Origin: an uncultured Dehalococcoidales bacterium
Lineage (GTDB): Bacteria; Chloroflexota; Dehalococcoidia; Dehalococcoidales; BS750m-G39
DNA: 64,000 nt
Direction of reading: 5' to 3'
NCBI GenBank assembly: GCA_964408935.1
Contig: CAYPBF010000002.1
Location: 20,316 to 84,315, forward strand
Position numbers and translations under genes: made by a program. This document shows, piece by piece, positions 63,087 to 64,000 of the stretch. The stretch's first letter is position 1. Each line of letters begins with the position of its first letter. The notes beneath the pieces are model-generated. The model searched no databases, was not told where the DNA came from, and saw only the letters and a program-made list of their open reading frames with translations.

Positions 63087-63953
63087 ATGATAATATCTAT
63101 CGCCAGCGGTAAAGGCGGCACGGGCAAGACGCTGGTAGCCACCAGCCTAGCCCTTGCCCTCAAGGATGACTATAAGGTGAAGCTGCTCGACGGTGATGTC
63201 GAGGAGCCTAACGATCACGTATTTCTAAAACCCGATATCAGTGGCAGTGAGCCTGTCTTTATCCCTGCCCCCAAGATAGACGAGGCCAAGTGCACCCGCT
63301 GCGGTAAGTGCGCCGAGGTCTGCGCCTACAACGCCATCGCCGTCCTCGGCGAGCACGTACTAACCTTCCCCGAGCTCTGCCACGGCTGCGGCGCCTGCAG
63401 CTACCTTTGCCCGGAAAAGGCGATAACCGAGGAAAATAGGCGAACGGGCGTGGTGGAGTGGGGAGATGCCGATGGCCTTGATTTCGTTCAGGGCAAGCTC
63501 ACCGTCGGCGAGGCCATGCCCTCGCCCGTAACCAGGCAAGTTAAAAAACATACTGATAGCGACGGTATCAATATAATCGACAGCCCGCCGGGGACATCCT
63601 GCCCGGTGGTAGAGGCTATCGAGGGCAGCGACTTCTGCCTGCTGGTTACTGAGCCCACCCCTTTCGGCCTCAACGACCTTGTCCTAGCCGTAGAGACGGT
63701 GCGGCAGCTGAGCATAGACTGTGGCGTCATCCTCAACCGCGCTGGCGTCGGCGACAATAAGGTGGAGGATTATTGCCGTAGCCAAAATATACCCATTTTG
63801 CTTACCATACCCCTCGATACCGAGATTGCCCGCCTGTACTCTCGAGGGATAACGCTGGTCGAGGGCAGGCCGGAATGGAAAGAAAAATTCGTCGGGCTCT
63901 TCGAGAGTCTCAAGGAGACAATAGGTGCGAGAGATCGTAGTCTTAAGCGGTAA
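63087..63953 (+). CDS. MinD/ParA-like P-loop ATPase with 2x[4Fe-4S] insert
   Basis: ASGKGGTGKT, DGDVEEPN, CTRCGKCAEVC, CHGCGACSYLCP, DSPPGTSCP, VTEPTPFG. Confidence 0.92.
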   Translation: MIISIASGKGGTGKTLVATSLALALKDDYKVKLLDGDVEEPNDHVFLKPDISGSEPVFIPAPKIDEAKCTRCGKCAEVCAYNAIAVLGEHVLTFPELCHGCGACSYLCPEKAITEENRRTGVVEWGDADGLDFVQGKLTVGEAMPSPVTRQVKKHTDSDGINIIDSPPGTSCPVVEAIEGSDFCLLVTEPTPFGLNDLVLAVETVRQLSIDCGVILNRAGVGDNKVEDYCRSQNIPILLTIPLDTEIARLYSRGITLVEGRPEWKEKFVGLFESLKETIGARDRSLKR

Positions 63954-64000
63954 GGGCGGCACGGGTAAGACCTCTATCGTCGGCTCGCTGGCGGCGCTGG
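63925..64000 (+). CDS. Second MinD-like ferredoxin ATPase, 5' end (partial)
   Basis: GTG start with AAGGAG upstream; (M)REIVVLSGKGGTGKTSIVGSLAAL. Confidence 0.8.
   Translation, partial: MREIVVLSGKGGTGKTSIVGSLAAL

Overview
This is a mostly GC-rich chromosomal segment from an anaerobic bacterium. The gene set and lipoprotein style suggest Chloroflexota/Dehalococcoidia, which is an inference because no database search was possible. Positions 1-47.6 kb hold housekeeping genes: uvrC 3' end, uvrB, acpS, yebC-ruvC-ruvA, ftsK, rnj, UDG, glyA, prs, secA, valS, coaBC-coaX-nnr, corA, a crt-hbd-thiolase operon, tupABC behind a Moco/Tuco riboswitch, and tRNA(CAT). Solitary AT-rich genes interrupt this stretch, including a NACHT NTPase and two HEPN-motif proteins, as does a dispersed intergenic repeat of a hairpin plus a four-G-run (G-quadruplex-like) motif. 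Downstream of the tRNA (47.7-64 kb) lies a redox/sulfur block with four parts. (i) An XRE repressor and a Cys-rich ImmA/IrrE protease sit divergent from a nuoEFG-like operon that has no catalytic subunit. (ii) A convergent operon mvhD-dsrE-tusA-mvhD-hdrA'-hdrA''-fdhB-fdhB-small TM peptide has no hdrBC, and its two HdrA genes have complementary domain content. (iii) A divergent CsoR/CstR-family repressor lacks the Cu-binding His, and a CsoR-type operator sits inside the operon promoter. (iv) A DUF134/DUF364/NifX/MinD-ferredoxin cluster follows. The best candidate for an undescribed system is this probably persulfide-regulated, HdrBC-less HdrA/MvhD/FdhB plus sulfur-relay module. Family names come from motif recognition, not from HMM searches.
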